Shown here piece after piece: positions 1-8,754 of a stretch of 64,000 nt of DNA. A program made the position numbers and the translations under genes. The number at the start of each line of letters is the position of its first letter. Position 1 is the stretch's first letter. Origin of the DNA: a virus; IMG/VR virus record IMGVR_UViG_3300033156_000215, positions 6,723 to 70,722 of that record, one strand, 5' to 3'. Under the pieces are notes generated by a model, which searched no databases, was not told where the DNA came from, and was given only the letters and a program-made list of their open reading frames with translations.

Positions 1-1681
1 TGGGTCTTTCTCTTGGAGTGATAGTATTAGCCATAACACTTTCCTGTTGATTCTTTGAATATAGCACTTGTTGCATCCTACTTCCATCTCGATATAAAGT
101 TAGTCCTTTACACTTCAAGTGATAAGCTAACAATATTGCTTTTTCTACATCTTCTTTACTCGCTTCATTCGGAAGATTAATAGTCTTACTCACAGCATTA
201 TCAGTAAACTCCTGGAAAGTTCCTTGCATCATTACATGCCACTTAGGTTCTATATCTTTCACAGATACAAAGTAATCACCAAACTGCTTAGGATCTACTT
301 CCTCTGTCAAATCTCCTGCTACTTCCTTCAGAACCTGATTTACTTCAAGATATTCTCCATCCAGAACTTTCCTAACCTGAAAATAAGAGAATATAGGTTC
401 TATACCGCTACTGCATCCAGCTATAAAGCTCAGAGATCCAGTAGGAGCTATCGTTGTAGTAGTAGCATTTCTAATCCCATGTTTCTGAATTCTTTTACTC
501 AGTCCTGTATGAGGCCACTTTGTTGGTAGTCTACCTTCAGCATAGATTGATTTCTCAAAAGCAGGGAAAGCTCCTTTCTCTTTAGCAAGTTCTATAGACT
601 CAAGCTTACTTACCACATTGATTATTCTCATCACTCTTCTAGCAACATGCGTAGCTTCCAGAGAATCATACTTGACTCCCAACTTCAACAACATGTCTGC
701 AAAACCCATCACACCGAGACCAATCTTTCTCGTCTCTTTAGTACGATTCTCAATATCAGAACTAATGTACTTATTCTTATCTATTACATTGTCTAAAGCT
801 CTAGTAGCAATCCTAACTACTTTCTTCAGCTTCAACCAGTCAATCTTACCATCCTTCACAAACTTACTAAGGTTTATACTACCTAAATTACAAGACTCGT
901 AAGGAAGAAGCGGTTGTTCTCCACAAGGATTAGTAGCTGTAATCATTCCTAATTCAGGAGTAGGGTTATATCTGTTTATCGTGTCAATAAACACTACTCC
1001 TGGCTCACCGTTTTCCCATGCTCCTTCTACAATCTTATCAAACAAATCTCTAGCTCTAACTGTCTTTACAACATTACCTTTATCATCAACCAAGTCAAAA
1101 TCATTGTCTGTCATTACCCTGTCTACAAACTCGTTAGTCAAAGCAACAGAGATGTTGAAGTTAGATAATTCTCCTTCTTGCTTCTTACAAGACAAAAAAT
1201 TCTCGATATCAGGATGATCAATCCTGAGAATTCCCATGTTTGCTCCACGTCTCTTACCACCTTGCTTGATAGCTCCAGTAGCAGCATCAAAAACCTTCAT
1301 GAAAGATACAGGGCCACTTGCTACTCCAGAAGTAGACTTTACCATAGAACCAGCAGGACGAAGATTCGAGAAGTCAAATCCAGTACCTCCTCCAGTTTTA
1401 TGCACAAGAGCAGCAAGTTTTACTGCTTCAAAAATGCTATCAATACTATCCTCTACAGGAAGAACAAAACAAGCACTCAACTGTCCTAGATCAGTACCAG
1501 CATTCATCAGAGTAGGAGAGTTAGGCAAGAACTCCAGATTGTACATACATTCATAAAGCTCTTTCTTATGCTTCTCGTTATCAGATAAAAAAGAAGCTAC
1601 TCTATCAAATAGCATCTCAACAGTTTCACCAGGGAGCAGATACCTACTCTCTAACAAAGTCATAGCATTATCAGAGAACAC
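1..1681 (-). CDS. nrdJ: Class II (adenosylcobalamin-dependent) ribonucleotide reductase, C-terminus beyond the window edge
   Basis: Not in the ORF track. Manual translation from GTG 1681 (RBS TAAGGAG) gives FLPNSPTLMNAG, QLSACFV, GGGTGFDFS, QGGKRRGANM, TNPCGEQ, CNLGSINL, RKIGLGVMG, RNATTTTIAPTG, SSGIEP, SKTINLP and KGLTLYRDGSR. The frame is open to position 1. Confidence 0.95.
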   Translation of the reverse strand, partial: MFSDNAMTLLESRYLLPGETVEMLFDRVASFLSDNEKHKKELYECMYNLEFLPNSPTLMNAGTDLGQLSACFVLPVEDSIDSIFEAVKLAALVHKTGGGTGFDFSNLRPAGSMVKSTSGVASGPVSFMKVFDAATGAIKQGGKRRGANMGILRIDHPDIENFLSCKKQEGELSNFNISVALTNEFVDRVMTDNDFDLVDDKGNVVKTVRARDLFDKIVEGAWENGEPGVVFIDTINRYNPTPELGMITATNPCGEQPLLPYESCNLGSINLSKFVKDGKIDWLKLKKVVRIATRALDNVIDKNKYISSDIENRTKETRKIGLGVMGFADMLLKLGVKYDSLEATHVARRVMRIINVVSKLESIELAKEKGAFPAFEKSIYAEGRLPTKWPHTGLSKRIQKHGIRNATTTTIAPTGSLSFIAGCSSGIEPIFSYFQVRKVLDGEYLEVNQVLKEVAGDLTEEVDPKQFGDYFVSVKDIEPKWHVMMQGTFQEFTDNAVSKTINLPNEASKEDVEKAILLAYHLKCKGLTLYRDGSRMQQVLYSKNQQESVMANTITPRERP

Positions 1682-1712
1682 TTCGATTACTCCTTAATCA
1701 GATATTAAATTT

Positions 1713-1835
1713 TTACCAACGTCTACGAAACGGATACCACTGGTAATACGGAGGGGGAGTCTTTCTTCTAGTGAGCCAATGAAAAGTAACCAGAATCAAG
1801 ATAATTATAGTTATTATCGAAGAGCAACAACCCAT
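1713..1835 (-). CDS. Small single-TM protein, 40 aa (MGCCSSIITIIILILVTFHWLTRRKTPPPYYQWYPFRRRW)
   Basis: Manual translation. It fills the gap between the resolvase stop and the nrdJ RBS; hydrophobic stretch followed by a basic tail. Confidence 0.5.
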   Translation of the reverse strand: MGCCSSIITIIILILVTFHWLTRRKTPPPYYQWYPFRRRW

Positions 1836-1836
1836 C

Positions 1837-2145
1837 TTACTTCTTTGATCTCCTATCTAGTTTGAGGAAGTCTTCCAACCTCATGACAACCAAATCGTTT
1901 AGATGCCTCTTGTTCAGCTCATGAAGAATCACAACAGGAAGCTTATTCTTGGTTTTAGCTTTCTCAGCTTGATCAATCGCATCCCAGATCCAGTTAGGGA
2001 GTTTCTTTCTCAGCTTTACTTCTACTGAATAACGATCATGATCTATGTCTGGAGTTTCTCCTCTAGTCCTTCCAGTTATCGGTATTCTCCTACCACCAAG
2101 AATCTCAGCTAAAGTTCTTTCAGTTCTTTTCCACGCTTTGTCCAT
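1837..2145 (-). CDS. PD-(D/E)xK nuclease, Holliday junction resolvase-like
   Basis: WKxxER...GxR...PDI...EVK motif; likely start MDKAWK at 2145. Confidence 0.7.
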   Translation of the reverse strand: MDKAWKRTERTLAEILGGRRIPITGRTRGETPDIDHDRYSVEVKLRKKLPNWIWDAIDQAEKAKTKNKLPVVILHELNKRHLNDLVVMRLEDFLKLDRRSKK

Positions 2146-2146
2146 T

Positions 2147-2566
2147 TTACCCTGCCTTATAAAGCCATTCATTCATTACTTTATTTTTTACAAACACACG
2201 ATCAACCAACTGAAATCTCAACATGCTCATCCAATAGTTAGTTTGAATTCCCTCACTACACCTGCATCGTATTTCACTCCTCTTTTGTTTTGCATATCTA
2301 TATACTACTCTGAAAAGTGCTTCAGCAGCTTTCTGGTCTATAGCTGCAAATACCCAAATCTTGACTATGTCTTTTTTCTTTAGTTTCCTGAATGCAATTA
2401 CACCTATTATATCTCTTTTTCTCTTAGCTACATATACTATTCCGTCTTTGAAGACGGATTTGTATAGGTAAGCCTCTTTATTACCGTCATTGGTGCGTAG
2501 CATGTTCAGAAAATAATTGATATCTGCGTGATGTCTTACGCTAGCTCTCTCTACATATACTGCCAT
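2147..2566 (-). CDS. GNAT-fold acetyltransferase-like protein
   Basis: IIGVIAF, KIWVFAA, AEALF, N.YW..LRF pattern typical of GNAT motifs A/B. Confidence 0.5.
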   Translation of the reverse strand: MAVYVERASVRHHADINYFLNMLRTNDGNKEAYLYKSVFKDGIVYVAKRKRDIIGVIAFRKLKKKDIVKIWVFAAIDQKAAEALFRVVYRYAKQKRSEIRCRCSEGIQTNYWMSMLRFQLVDRVFVKNKVMNEWLYKAG

Positions 2567-3108
2567 GTTTCTTCAGCTTTCTCCAACTCTTTCTTAGCAT
2601 TATTTGCCAATCTTACTACTTCTCTACCTCTTTCTAAAGCAGCACTGGAAATCCCTTTCAGGACTATCGCTGCCTCTCTCCAAGTTCCAGAATGTGGAGC
2701 ATATTCCAGAAAATCTTCTTGACAAGGAGAAAGATAGTAGTACTTCTTTGAAGCGAGGTGTACTTTCCGGATGTATTCCCAACCAGCAGGGATAATTCTT
2801 CCTCCTTGATATGCTCCATTGTAAGCAGCCAGAGCCATATCCAGACTATCGTATCTCTCGTATAAAGTACTCAGAATCTTACATCCCCAAAAGATATTCG
2901 TTTCTGGATCTTTCAATTCTTCTGCTGAAGGTCTATCGTCTAAGTCCGGTATGACTTGCATCAAACCTACTGCTCCAGCAGAGCTGATTGCTATAGGATT
3001 CCAAGAGCTTTCTACCTCGATTATACCAGCTACTATCGGAGAAGGCAACTGGAAAGACGAGGAATATTTTATGATCAGACTCACATAAGGTATTAACAAT
3101 ATGTCCAT
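2551..3108 (-). CDS. Lytic transglycosylase (SLT domain)
   Basis: IEVESSWNP.AISSAGAVGLMQV, DPETNI..G, ALAAYNG; likely start MDILL at 3108. Confidence 0.9.
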   Translation of the reverse strand: MDILLIPYVSLIIKYSSSFQLPSPIVAGIIEVESSWNPIAISSAGAVGLMQVIPDLDDRPSAEELKDPETNIFWGCKILSTLYERYDSLDMALAAYNGAYQGGRIIPAGWEYIRKVHLASKKYYYLSPCQEDFLEYAPHSGTWREAAIVLKGISSAALERGREVVRLANNAKKELEKAEETWQYM

Positions 3109-3118
3109 ATTTCTTCTC

Positions 3119-4561
3119 CTAATTTTTCCTTTCAAACCAACGTGCTTTAGCCCAGTCACCTACAGGAGCATAGATGATATACTGTTTATCTCGTCTTGAG
3201 GGGTGACGGTAAACTTGTGCTCTGTAAAGCTTACCGTCTACATTTACATCTACCTCTTTAGAAGCAGGCAAATATCCGAATTTGCTGGCTTGCTTCTCGA
3301 AGTAAGCTTCAGGATTCAAAGGAATCACATGTTTCTGTAACTCGTTTCCTATGATCCGCTCAGTTCTATTGAGGTCATAAGACGGAGTATCGTTGCTGGA
3401 AATTCCCAACAACTGCCCAATATTTCTTTCTTCTCCATAAGTCTGGATTGTTAGGAAGTATGAAGACTTTCCAGTAGTACCGATAACTTCTCCAGGGCTT
3501 ACCTCTTTTTGCAATGCAACCAAAGGAACAACGTTATCAAATTTCAGAGATCCCCATTTAGCGTTGATCCATACACTTTGCTCTTCGATTCGATATACAG
3601 TTCCTGCTACAGGGCTTTTCACCTTAGTACCGTTTCCAAGATAGATAATTGCTGTGTACGTGCTGACAATCTGAGGACTACCTTCTATTTCTACTTTGTT
3701 AGGAATTACTATAGTCTTAGGGCCTTCCCATGTAGCTTGTCTTATCTGATCAGCACAGTATCTGATATCGAAACTATCCCATTGATTATTCTCATAATCA
3801 AGCAAGAAAATAGCTGTACCTTTTACTCTTCTATCCAATTCTCTGTGATACTGGACAAGCTGTGCTACGTAATTCTCAGGAGAAGTAACTTTCCTCCAAC
3901 CATCATGAGGTTGTCCAGGAATAGTAGCTTGGTCAATACCACATTCAGATATCAGGATATCTTTGTCGTAAGGACATAGACAATGCCTACCGGCAAGCCA
4001 AGGCCAAGAAGCAAGAGGCCCGTTCGAATTCCAATACTCATGCAAGCCGATGAAATCTCCTGGCCTCATGAGATTTACTGCATCACGAAATTCAGGCCAC
4101 CAACTGTCATTATCTAACCAAGTATGAGGCCACCCTACAGAGAAGTTGAAGATACAACAGTTCAACCCTCTTGCATGAGCTTCTTCCAGAAAGTAACAAG
4201 TATACTCATTCAAAGCTTTGCGATATTGCCTACCATCCCAAATGGGAGGTTCGTTGAAAGTCATCGCTGCACCAAGATAACCCATCGATCTCCAGTAAGC
4301 ATATTTGGCAGCGTGACGTTGAGCCATAGCTCTCAAGTCAGCTCCAATTAGATTGAATTTCTCTCCACTATCCCCAACAGAACCGTCTACTTGAATCATT
4401 ATCGTATTGGGAGACAATCTAGCCCATTCCTTTACTTGCTCTGCTGAAGTAGAAGATACCCAATACTTTATAGCTGAAGGTTGTGTATCTCGAATCAAAT
4501 CTCTCACAAGACTCGGATCATGTCGAGGCAACGTGAAATAACCAGGTCTAACCATAATCAT
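3119..4561 (-). CDS. Putative endolysin: glycoside hydrolase (TIM-barrel) domain, degenerate M23-like barrel, C-terminal domain
   Basis: FNEP acid/base motif, GLHEYW, ISECGID nucleophile motif; GTKVKSPVAGTV...VSPGEVIGTTG (M23 fold lacking HxH); adjacent to the SLT gene. Confidence 0.65.
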   Translation of the reverse strand: MIMVRPGYFTLPRHDPSLVRDLIRDTQPSAIKYWVSSTSAEQVKEWARLSPNTIMIQVDGSVGDSGEKFNLIGADLRAMAQRHAAKYAYWRSMGYLGAAMTFNEPPIWDGRQYRKALNEYTCYFLEEAHARGLNCCIFNFSVGWPHTWLDNDSWWPEFRDAVNLMRPGDFIGLHEYWNSNGPLASWPWLAGRHCLCPYDKDILISECGIDQATIPGQPHDGWRKVTSPENYVAQLVQYHRELDRRVKGTAIFLLDYENNQWDSFDIRYCADQIRQATWEGPKTIVIPNKVEIEGSPQIVSTYTAIIYLGNGTKVKSPVAGTVYRIEEQSVWINAKWGSLKFDNVVPLVALQKEVSPGEVIGTTGKSSYFLTIQTYGEERNIGQLLGISSNDTPSYDLNRTERIIGNELQKHVIPLNPEAYFEKQASKFGYLPASKEVDVNVDGKLYRAQVYRHPSRRDKQYIIYAPVGDWAKARWFERKN

Positions 4562-4567
4562 TTTCTC

Positions 4568-4783
4568 CTAAAGAATGTAGAACAGATTTACTGAGGCTAC
4601 TAAAGCTATCATACTGCTAACAACTAAAGCTAGTATAAAAAAGGGGCCTTTTCCGAAGACTGGAGCTATTTGCATCTGGAGTTGAAGCCTTCTCCAAAGT
4701 AGCCAACTGAACAAGAAAAATACAAACGAACTCAATGTAAAGTCTAGAGCTATTATATCATAAACGAGATTGTTCGTACTCAT
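4568..4783 (-). CDS. Small two-TM membrane protein (possible holin/antiholin)
   Basis: Two hydrophobic helices, immediately upstream of the endolysin-like gene. Confidence 0.5.
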   Translation of the reverse strand: MSTNNLVYDIIALDFTLSSFVFFLFSWLLWRRLQLQMQIAPVFGKGPFFILALVVSSMIALVASVNLFYIL

Positions 4784-5363
4784 CTTTCAAATCCTGAAAC
4801 ACAGCAGGCGCTACTCCTGATAAACAATACAAAACTGCTTTCGCTACTTGCTTTATTTCCCATTGTGCTCCTGGTTCCAGTAATCTCAACTGGATAAAAT
4901 GTCTCCAACTCCTAAAATTCATTGTTACCACGATAGTAGTAGCTGTTGCATTGGGCAACACAAACCTGGCATCTTCCTTCTTGATTCCAAGCTCTCTCAA
5001 CTTAGCATAAGTCTGTCTGCAATGCTCTACACAATCCTCAAATACTTCAAGAGCCTCTTCGTTATCTTCTATATCAGGAGGAACCACGTATCTATAATTT
5101 GTTTCATCAACGTATCTCTGGCTCTGTTGAGAATAGCTAGCTATGCGATGCCTTACCAGTTGATGCGAACAAGCTCTAGAAATTCCTGATATCTTAATAG
5201 TAGCGCTAGCATGTTCTAAGATACTCTCGTGTCCTTCCTTGATCCTGTTTTTCACAAACTTAGCAGGATTCTTCTTTCTGCTGGTACTCAAATAGCAAGT
5301 CCTACCAGCAGTCTCAATCAACTTTTCCGGATCTGGAGTAACAGCTAGAAGTTCTACTTTCAT
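4758..5363 (-). CDS. thyX: FAD-dependent thymidylate synthase
   Basis: GHESILEH, SRACSHQLVRHRIASYSQQSQRY, EDARFVLP, AQWEI. Confidence 0.97.
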   Translation of the reverse strand: MKVELLAVTPDPEKLIETAGRTCYLSTSRKKNPAKFVKNRIKEGHESILEHASATIKISGISRACSHQLVRHRIASYSQQSQRYVDETNYRYVVPPDIEDNEEALEVFEDCVEHCRQTYAKLRELGIKKEDARFVLPNATATTIVVTMNFRSWRHFIQLRLLEPGAQWEIKQVAKAVLYCLSGVAPAVFQDLKDEYEQSRL

Positions 5364-5638
5364 TTTTCCTCCTTATCGGTAAATACGACCAAGTCAACAC
5401 CATCATTAGTACATATAATAGCTACATCATGACGAGCTGCGTGGCAAGCTGCACATCCGAAACTTTGAGCATCTTGGTAAGTAAGCTCAAATGGTACATC
5501 TCCAAGATAAGGTTCTAGTTGTCCACGAATCGCCTCAAGCTTGTTCTTGATTAGATTAGTTACTGTAGTATCAACTTCTATCTTCGCTCTTTCTCCACAA
5601 TTAGGACAAGGCGGTACATCTGGACTATGCATCTGCAT
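5360..5638 (-). CDS. Hypothetical Zn-binding protein
   Basis: CPNC and CAAC pairs; coupled to its neighbours. Confidence 0.6.
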   Translation of the reverse strand: MQMHSPDVPPCPNCGERAKIEVDTTVTNLIKNKLEAIRGQLEPYLGDVPFELTYQDAQSFGCAACHAARHDVAIICTNDGVDLVVFTDKEEK

Positions 5639-6297
5639 TATTCATTCTCCTCTTTAGTAATTCTTTCTATGCTTCTCTCAAATACAACTCTGTCTTGTTC
5701 CCTCGAAATCTTCCTAATTCTAGCTGCTACATCAAAAAGTACATCTTTCAAATCCTCCCTGATTTCAAAAATTGAAGTCTCAATGTCTTGTTCTAACGTT
5801 TCCTTCAAAGCCTTTGCATCATAGTTAGTATGTTTGAGCTGTTCCAAGAGAGCTTTGCTCCAGCTCTTCCTGCATATCTCTAGAATCTCTACTATCTCTT
5901 CTAGCCCAGGATTGTCTTTTATTCTCTCAGACAAATATTCAAAATCTTTCTCTTCCTGCTCAGTAAATTCTTCTCCAGATAACTTCTTAATATACAGCTT
6001 GGTATAAGTTTCGTCTAGAGCCTTAAGACATTCCACAAAACTGATATACACGACCGGATCTTCTGCTGAGATAGAGGTATTTAGTACTCTCGTAGTAAAA
6101 ATTTTAGTCTTCTCATCATAGTCTACTTTTATTGGAATCCCTTTCTCAATATACCATCGTTCAGACAACTCTCCAACTAGGTCTCTTTCTGTTTGTAAAT
6201 CTTCCATCCCTTCTTCTTGTCTCTTCTTTTGTTTTAGTAGATAAATTACTCCAAAAATAATTACTGCTAACAGCCCTAATCTTATAATCCAGATCAC
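5638..6297 (-). CDS. Hypothetical protein with N-terminal TM helix and central HicB-like fold
   Basis: IPIKVDYDE..IFTTRV..SISAED...ECLKALDETY resembles the HicB beta-beta-beta-alpha pattern. Confidence 0.5.
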   Translation of the reverse strand: MIWIIRLGLLAVIIFGVIYLLKQKKRQEEGMEDLQTERDLVGELSERWYIEKGIPIKVDYDEKTKIFTTRVLNTSISAEDPVVYISFVECLKALDETYTKLYIKKLSGEEFTEQEEKDFEYLSERIKDNPGLEEIVEILEICRKSWSKALLEQLKHTNYDAKALKETLEQDIETSIFEIREDLKDVLFDVAARIRKISREQDRVVFERSIERITKEENE

Positions 6298-6521
6298 TTC
6301 ACTTTGCTCCTTTCTTCAGTAAATAACGGTTTCTGACAATCTAAGACTTTTCCACAATTAGGACAAGTTGCTCTGTACCAGATGTACTTATTCCATTTCC
6401 TATAAATCTCCAGATTCATTTGGGTAGCACATTTGGGACAAAAGAACTTGATCATACCAAAACTCCTGGGGAGTAGAATTTGAGATTGAGGATTCTGATT
6501 CTGAATTGCATCTTGATTCAA
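6294..6521 (-). CDS. Zn-ribbon protein
   Basis: CPKC...CPNC. Confidence 0.55.
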   Translation of the reverse strand: MNQDAIQNQNPQSQILLPRSFGMIKFFCPKCATQMNLEIYRKWNKYIWYRATCPNCGKVLDCQKPLFTEERSKVK

Positions 6522-6549
6522 GATACTACCTCAAAACTAGCAGACAAGC

Positions 6550-6736
6550 AAATTTGAGATTAGGCTCAATTTCAATAATTTTATCTGAGGTTAGACCAAA
6601 CCTCTAGAATCAACGTAGTGCAAAGGAGAGGGCCCTCTCAGAGCACTTTTTAGATTTATAGTATAATTACCTAAAGCATAGAAATGCACGAGAAGCCCTC
6701 TCTCGTGCAATCTGTGAGCAGTTTGAGAAATGCTCC
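6550..6736. other. Structured intergenic region with several stem-loops
   Basis: TGCACGAGA/TCTCGTGCA (6685-6709), perfect palindrome GAGAGGGCCCTCTC (~6626-6639), GAGGTT/AACCTC, TTGAG/CTCAA, GAGCA/TGCTC. Confidence 0.45.
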
Positions 6737-6742
6737 AGAGAA

Positions 6743-6928
6743 TCAATCATCAAGAACCTCATTAATCGGCCAGCGTACAACTTCCCACATATCTTGTCCT
6801 CTCGCTTCTAGTTCAGCGACTCTCGCTTCTGCAAGCTCTTTAGTTGTCCAGATGCTTTCGACTTCTGCTGGATAATATCCATCATATTGAACTACCCATA
6901 CATGTGTAAGCTGCATCTCTTTCTCCAC
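6743..6928 (-). CDS. Small hypothetical phage protein
   Basis: VWVV..DG....VESIWTTKELAE pattern common in small phage proteins. Confidence 0.6.
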   Translation of the reverse strand: MEKEMQLTHVWVVQYDGYYPAEVESIWTTKELAEARVAELEARGQDMWEVVRWPINEVLDD

Positions 6929-6988
6929 TTGTCTTCAATAATTTTTAAAATTCTCTCTGCCTAGATTTCTAACTATTCACTCCAACGG

Positions 6989-7603
6989 TTATTCGACATC
7001 AATTAGTTTGTAATTAGGCGGTAGTTTACTTCCCCAAACATCGGTCATATCAGGATCGTCTGAAGCAATCAAGTAAAAGTCAAAAAGAATATCTTCGTAA
7101 CGCTTTTGCAAAGCAAAGAGAAAATCATAATATGGTATTGAAATCTCATCTCTTGGAAAATTTGAAATAACCCAGACAACTAAGTAAGGGCCATCTATTT
7201 CCCATCCTAAGCCTTGTATTCCTTTGATGATTGCAAATTCTTCTAGAAGTTCATCAATAATCTTAGGAATGTTTAGTTTAATTGGGTCTATGTCTGGAAA
7301 AAGGCTTCTGAAGACTTCTTTATCTGGTATCAGTCTCCCTTCAGCAGCTTCCTTACGAGCTTCCTCTATAGCTTGCATTTCTTCTTTTGTAAGAGGTTCA
7401 AAATCCAGAAAAGCGTCCTCTAAGCTTCTTAGTATAGAATCATTCTGCTCTTTTTGCCAAATAGAAATAATGTCCATCATCTCTCTGAGAAGTTGCTTCT
7501 TTTCTTGTATATTCTGATACTTCCATTTGCGAGGATGCTTACCGAATTCGATAGCTTTATCCAGAATTTTTTCTATTTCTAATTCGAGTTCTTGCTTAGT
7601 CAT
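6989..7603 (-). CDS. Antitoxin-like protein (addiction-module helix plus degenerate nucleotidyltransferase-like fold)
   Basis: EPLTKEEMQAIEEARKEAAEGRLIPDKEV; C-terminal LVVWVIS...LQKRYEDILFDFYLI. Confidence 0.45.
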   Translation of the reverse strand: MTKQELELEIEKILDKAIEFGKHPRKWKYQNIQEKKQLLREMMDIISIWQKEQNDSILRSLEDAFLDFEPLTKEEMQAIEEARKEAAEGRLIPDKEVFRSLFPDIDPIKLNIPKIIDELLEEFAIIKGIQGLGWEIDGPYLVVWVISNFPRDEISIPYYDFLFALQKRYEDILFDFYLIASDDPDMTDVWGSKLPPNYKLIDVE

Positions 7604-7604
7604 C

Positions 7605-7829
7605 CTACCATTCTACCTCAACACTTACTGGAACTGCACGATTGTGCGATACAGCTTTCATTTCCAAATCTGCTAACTTCCAGTAAACTTCGCGTGTATG
7701 TTCATCTAATTCAACATAGATAATTATACTTCCGTCGAGCTTTACAGTAGTGCGTATAGATGTGATGAATGGAGCTTCACTCGCTAGCTCATAAAATTTA
7801 TTCACTGCAAGAATCTGATCTACAGTCAT
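7605..7829 (-). CDS. Small protein, minimal nucleotidyltransferase-like fold
   Basis: DGSIIIYVEL...KLADLEMK...VPVSVEV. Confidence 0.4.
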   Translation of the reverse strand: MTVDQILAVNKFYELASEAPFITSIRTTVKLDGSIIIYVELDEHTREVYWKLADLEMKAVSHNRAVPVSVEVEW

Positions 7830-8424
7830 GCTTTACTTCTCCAAATCCAGTAATCTGTAAATGTTCCCAAAAGGGTTGAAGAGGTCTCTGAGATTCACAA
7901 GCAATAGCCAAAGCTAAGCTTAGCTCGTACGGAATCTTAGCTCTAAGAGCAGGATTTCTAATCTTCTCTTTCCAAGGTTTTATCTTGACATGACTGATAT
8001 CAGGAAAGAATCCCCACAAGTAGATAGGATTCGAAATCCAACGAGGTTGTCCTAGGACAGGCCGTAACCACTTGACTGCACCTTTGACATTCTCCACTAC
8101 CCAGTACGTAGGCTTAGTTTGAGTTATGATTCTTCTTACTGCAAAGATACAATCCAAGTTCGGAGGTTTAGTCTGCTTCACATTACGGAAAGGAAGAAAA
8201 GTCCTACTGAATTCTGTGCAAGGAGGAGAAGCCCAGACCAGTAAAGGTTGTCTGCCTGTCCAAGACCACTTGCGTACGTCTGCTACTATGTCGGGGGAAA
8301 ACTCGGGATTGTTATCAACTCGAATCACTTCCCACCCTCTGTCAACCATTGCTTGGGAAGCACCACCCAATCCGCTAAAGAGGTCAATCATGAGAGGCTT
8401 TTCTTCTGACATTTGTTTGTCCAT
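7798..8424 (-). CDS. Short C5 DNA cytosine methyltransferase
   Basis: Motif I DLFSGLGG, motif IV ASPPC, motif VI VENV, motif X-like RAKIP. Confidence 0.88.
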   Translation of the reverse strand: MDKQMSEEKPLMIDLFSGLGGASQAMVDRGWEVIRVDNNPEFSPDIVADVRKWSWTGRQPLLVWASPPCTEFSRTFLPFRNVKQTKPPNLDCIFAVRRIITQTKPTYWVVENVKGAVKWLRPVLGQPRWISNPIYLWGFFPDISHVKIKPWKEKIRNPALRAKIPYELSLALAIACESQRPLQPFWEHLQITGFGEVKHDCRSDSCSE

Positions 8425-8450
8425 TTACTCCCTTCGAATTCTTTTCTTTC

Positions 8451-8478
8451 AGTATACCAGAAAAACCAGAGAACGCAA
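8451..8478 (-). promoter_or_regulatory. Sigma70-type promoter upstream of the methyltransferase
   Basis: TTGCGT-16-TATACT with extended -10 TG. Confidence 0.55.
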
Positions 8479-8581
8479 AATTTGACTTTTAGCTCTTGAG
8501 CTGCTAACATCAACTCAGAAAGCTCCAAGAGGTAAGCTTTGAAACTCAAAATTACATAGAAAGGCTGTAGTACCATCAGCA

Positions 8582-8619
8582 AGACAAAACTGAAGGCCAC
8601 CGTCTTTCAGGTGGCCTTC
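8582..8619 (-). terminator. Intrinsic terminator
   Basis: 10-bp stem GAAGGCCACC/GGTGGCCTTC followed on the minus strand by AGTTTTGTCTT. Confidence 0.65.
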
Positions 8620-8676
8620 TAGCTTATATTGTATTAGTTAGGAGGTAACGATGGACGAAAAGACTATGTCCGATCA
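8582..8676 (-). ncRNA. Candidate ~95-nt small RNA with anti-Shine-Dalgarno segment
   Basis: Lies between a strong promoter (8683-8711) and a terminator (8592-8619); no plausible minus-strand ORF within the unit; contains CGTCCATCGTTACCTCCT. Confidence 0.5.
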
Positions 8677-8682
8677 ATTCTA

Positions 8683-8711
8683 ATTCTACCATACTGAAAC
8701 TCAAATGTCAA
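8683..8711 (-). promoter_or_regulatory. Strong sigma70-type promoter
   Basis: TTGACA-17-TAGAAT with extended TG; a second TGGTATAAT at 8722-8730. Confidence 0.75.
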
Positions 8712-8754
8712 ATCTTGATCTATTATACCACCTCCTGGACTTAGGTATTAGCGA

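Noticed and set aside
224-1556. Several plus-strand ORFs in the track
   Set aside because: They are antisense shadows of nrdJ, which the track missed because it runs off the window edge.
1682-1836. Cobalamin riboswitch upstream of nrdJ
   Set aside because: The space is filled by a 40-codon ORF and no B12-box was recognised.
8388-8600. 70-aa minus-strand ORF
   Set aside because: It starts inside the terminator hairpin and spans the methyltransferase promoter and RBS.
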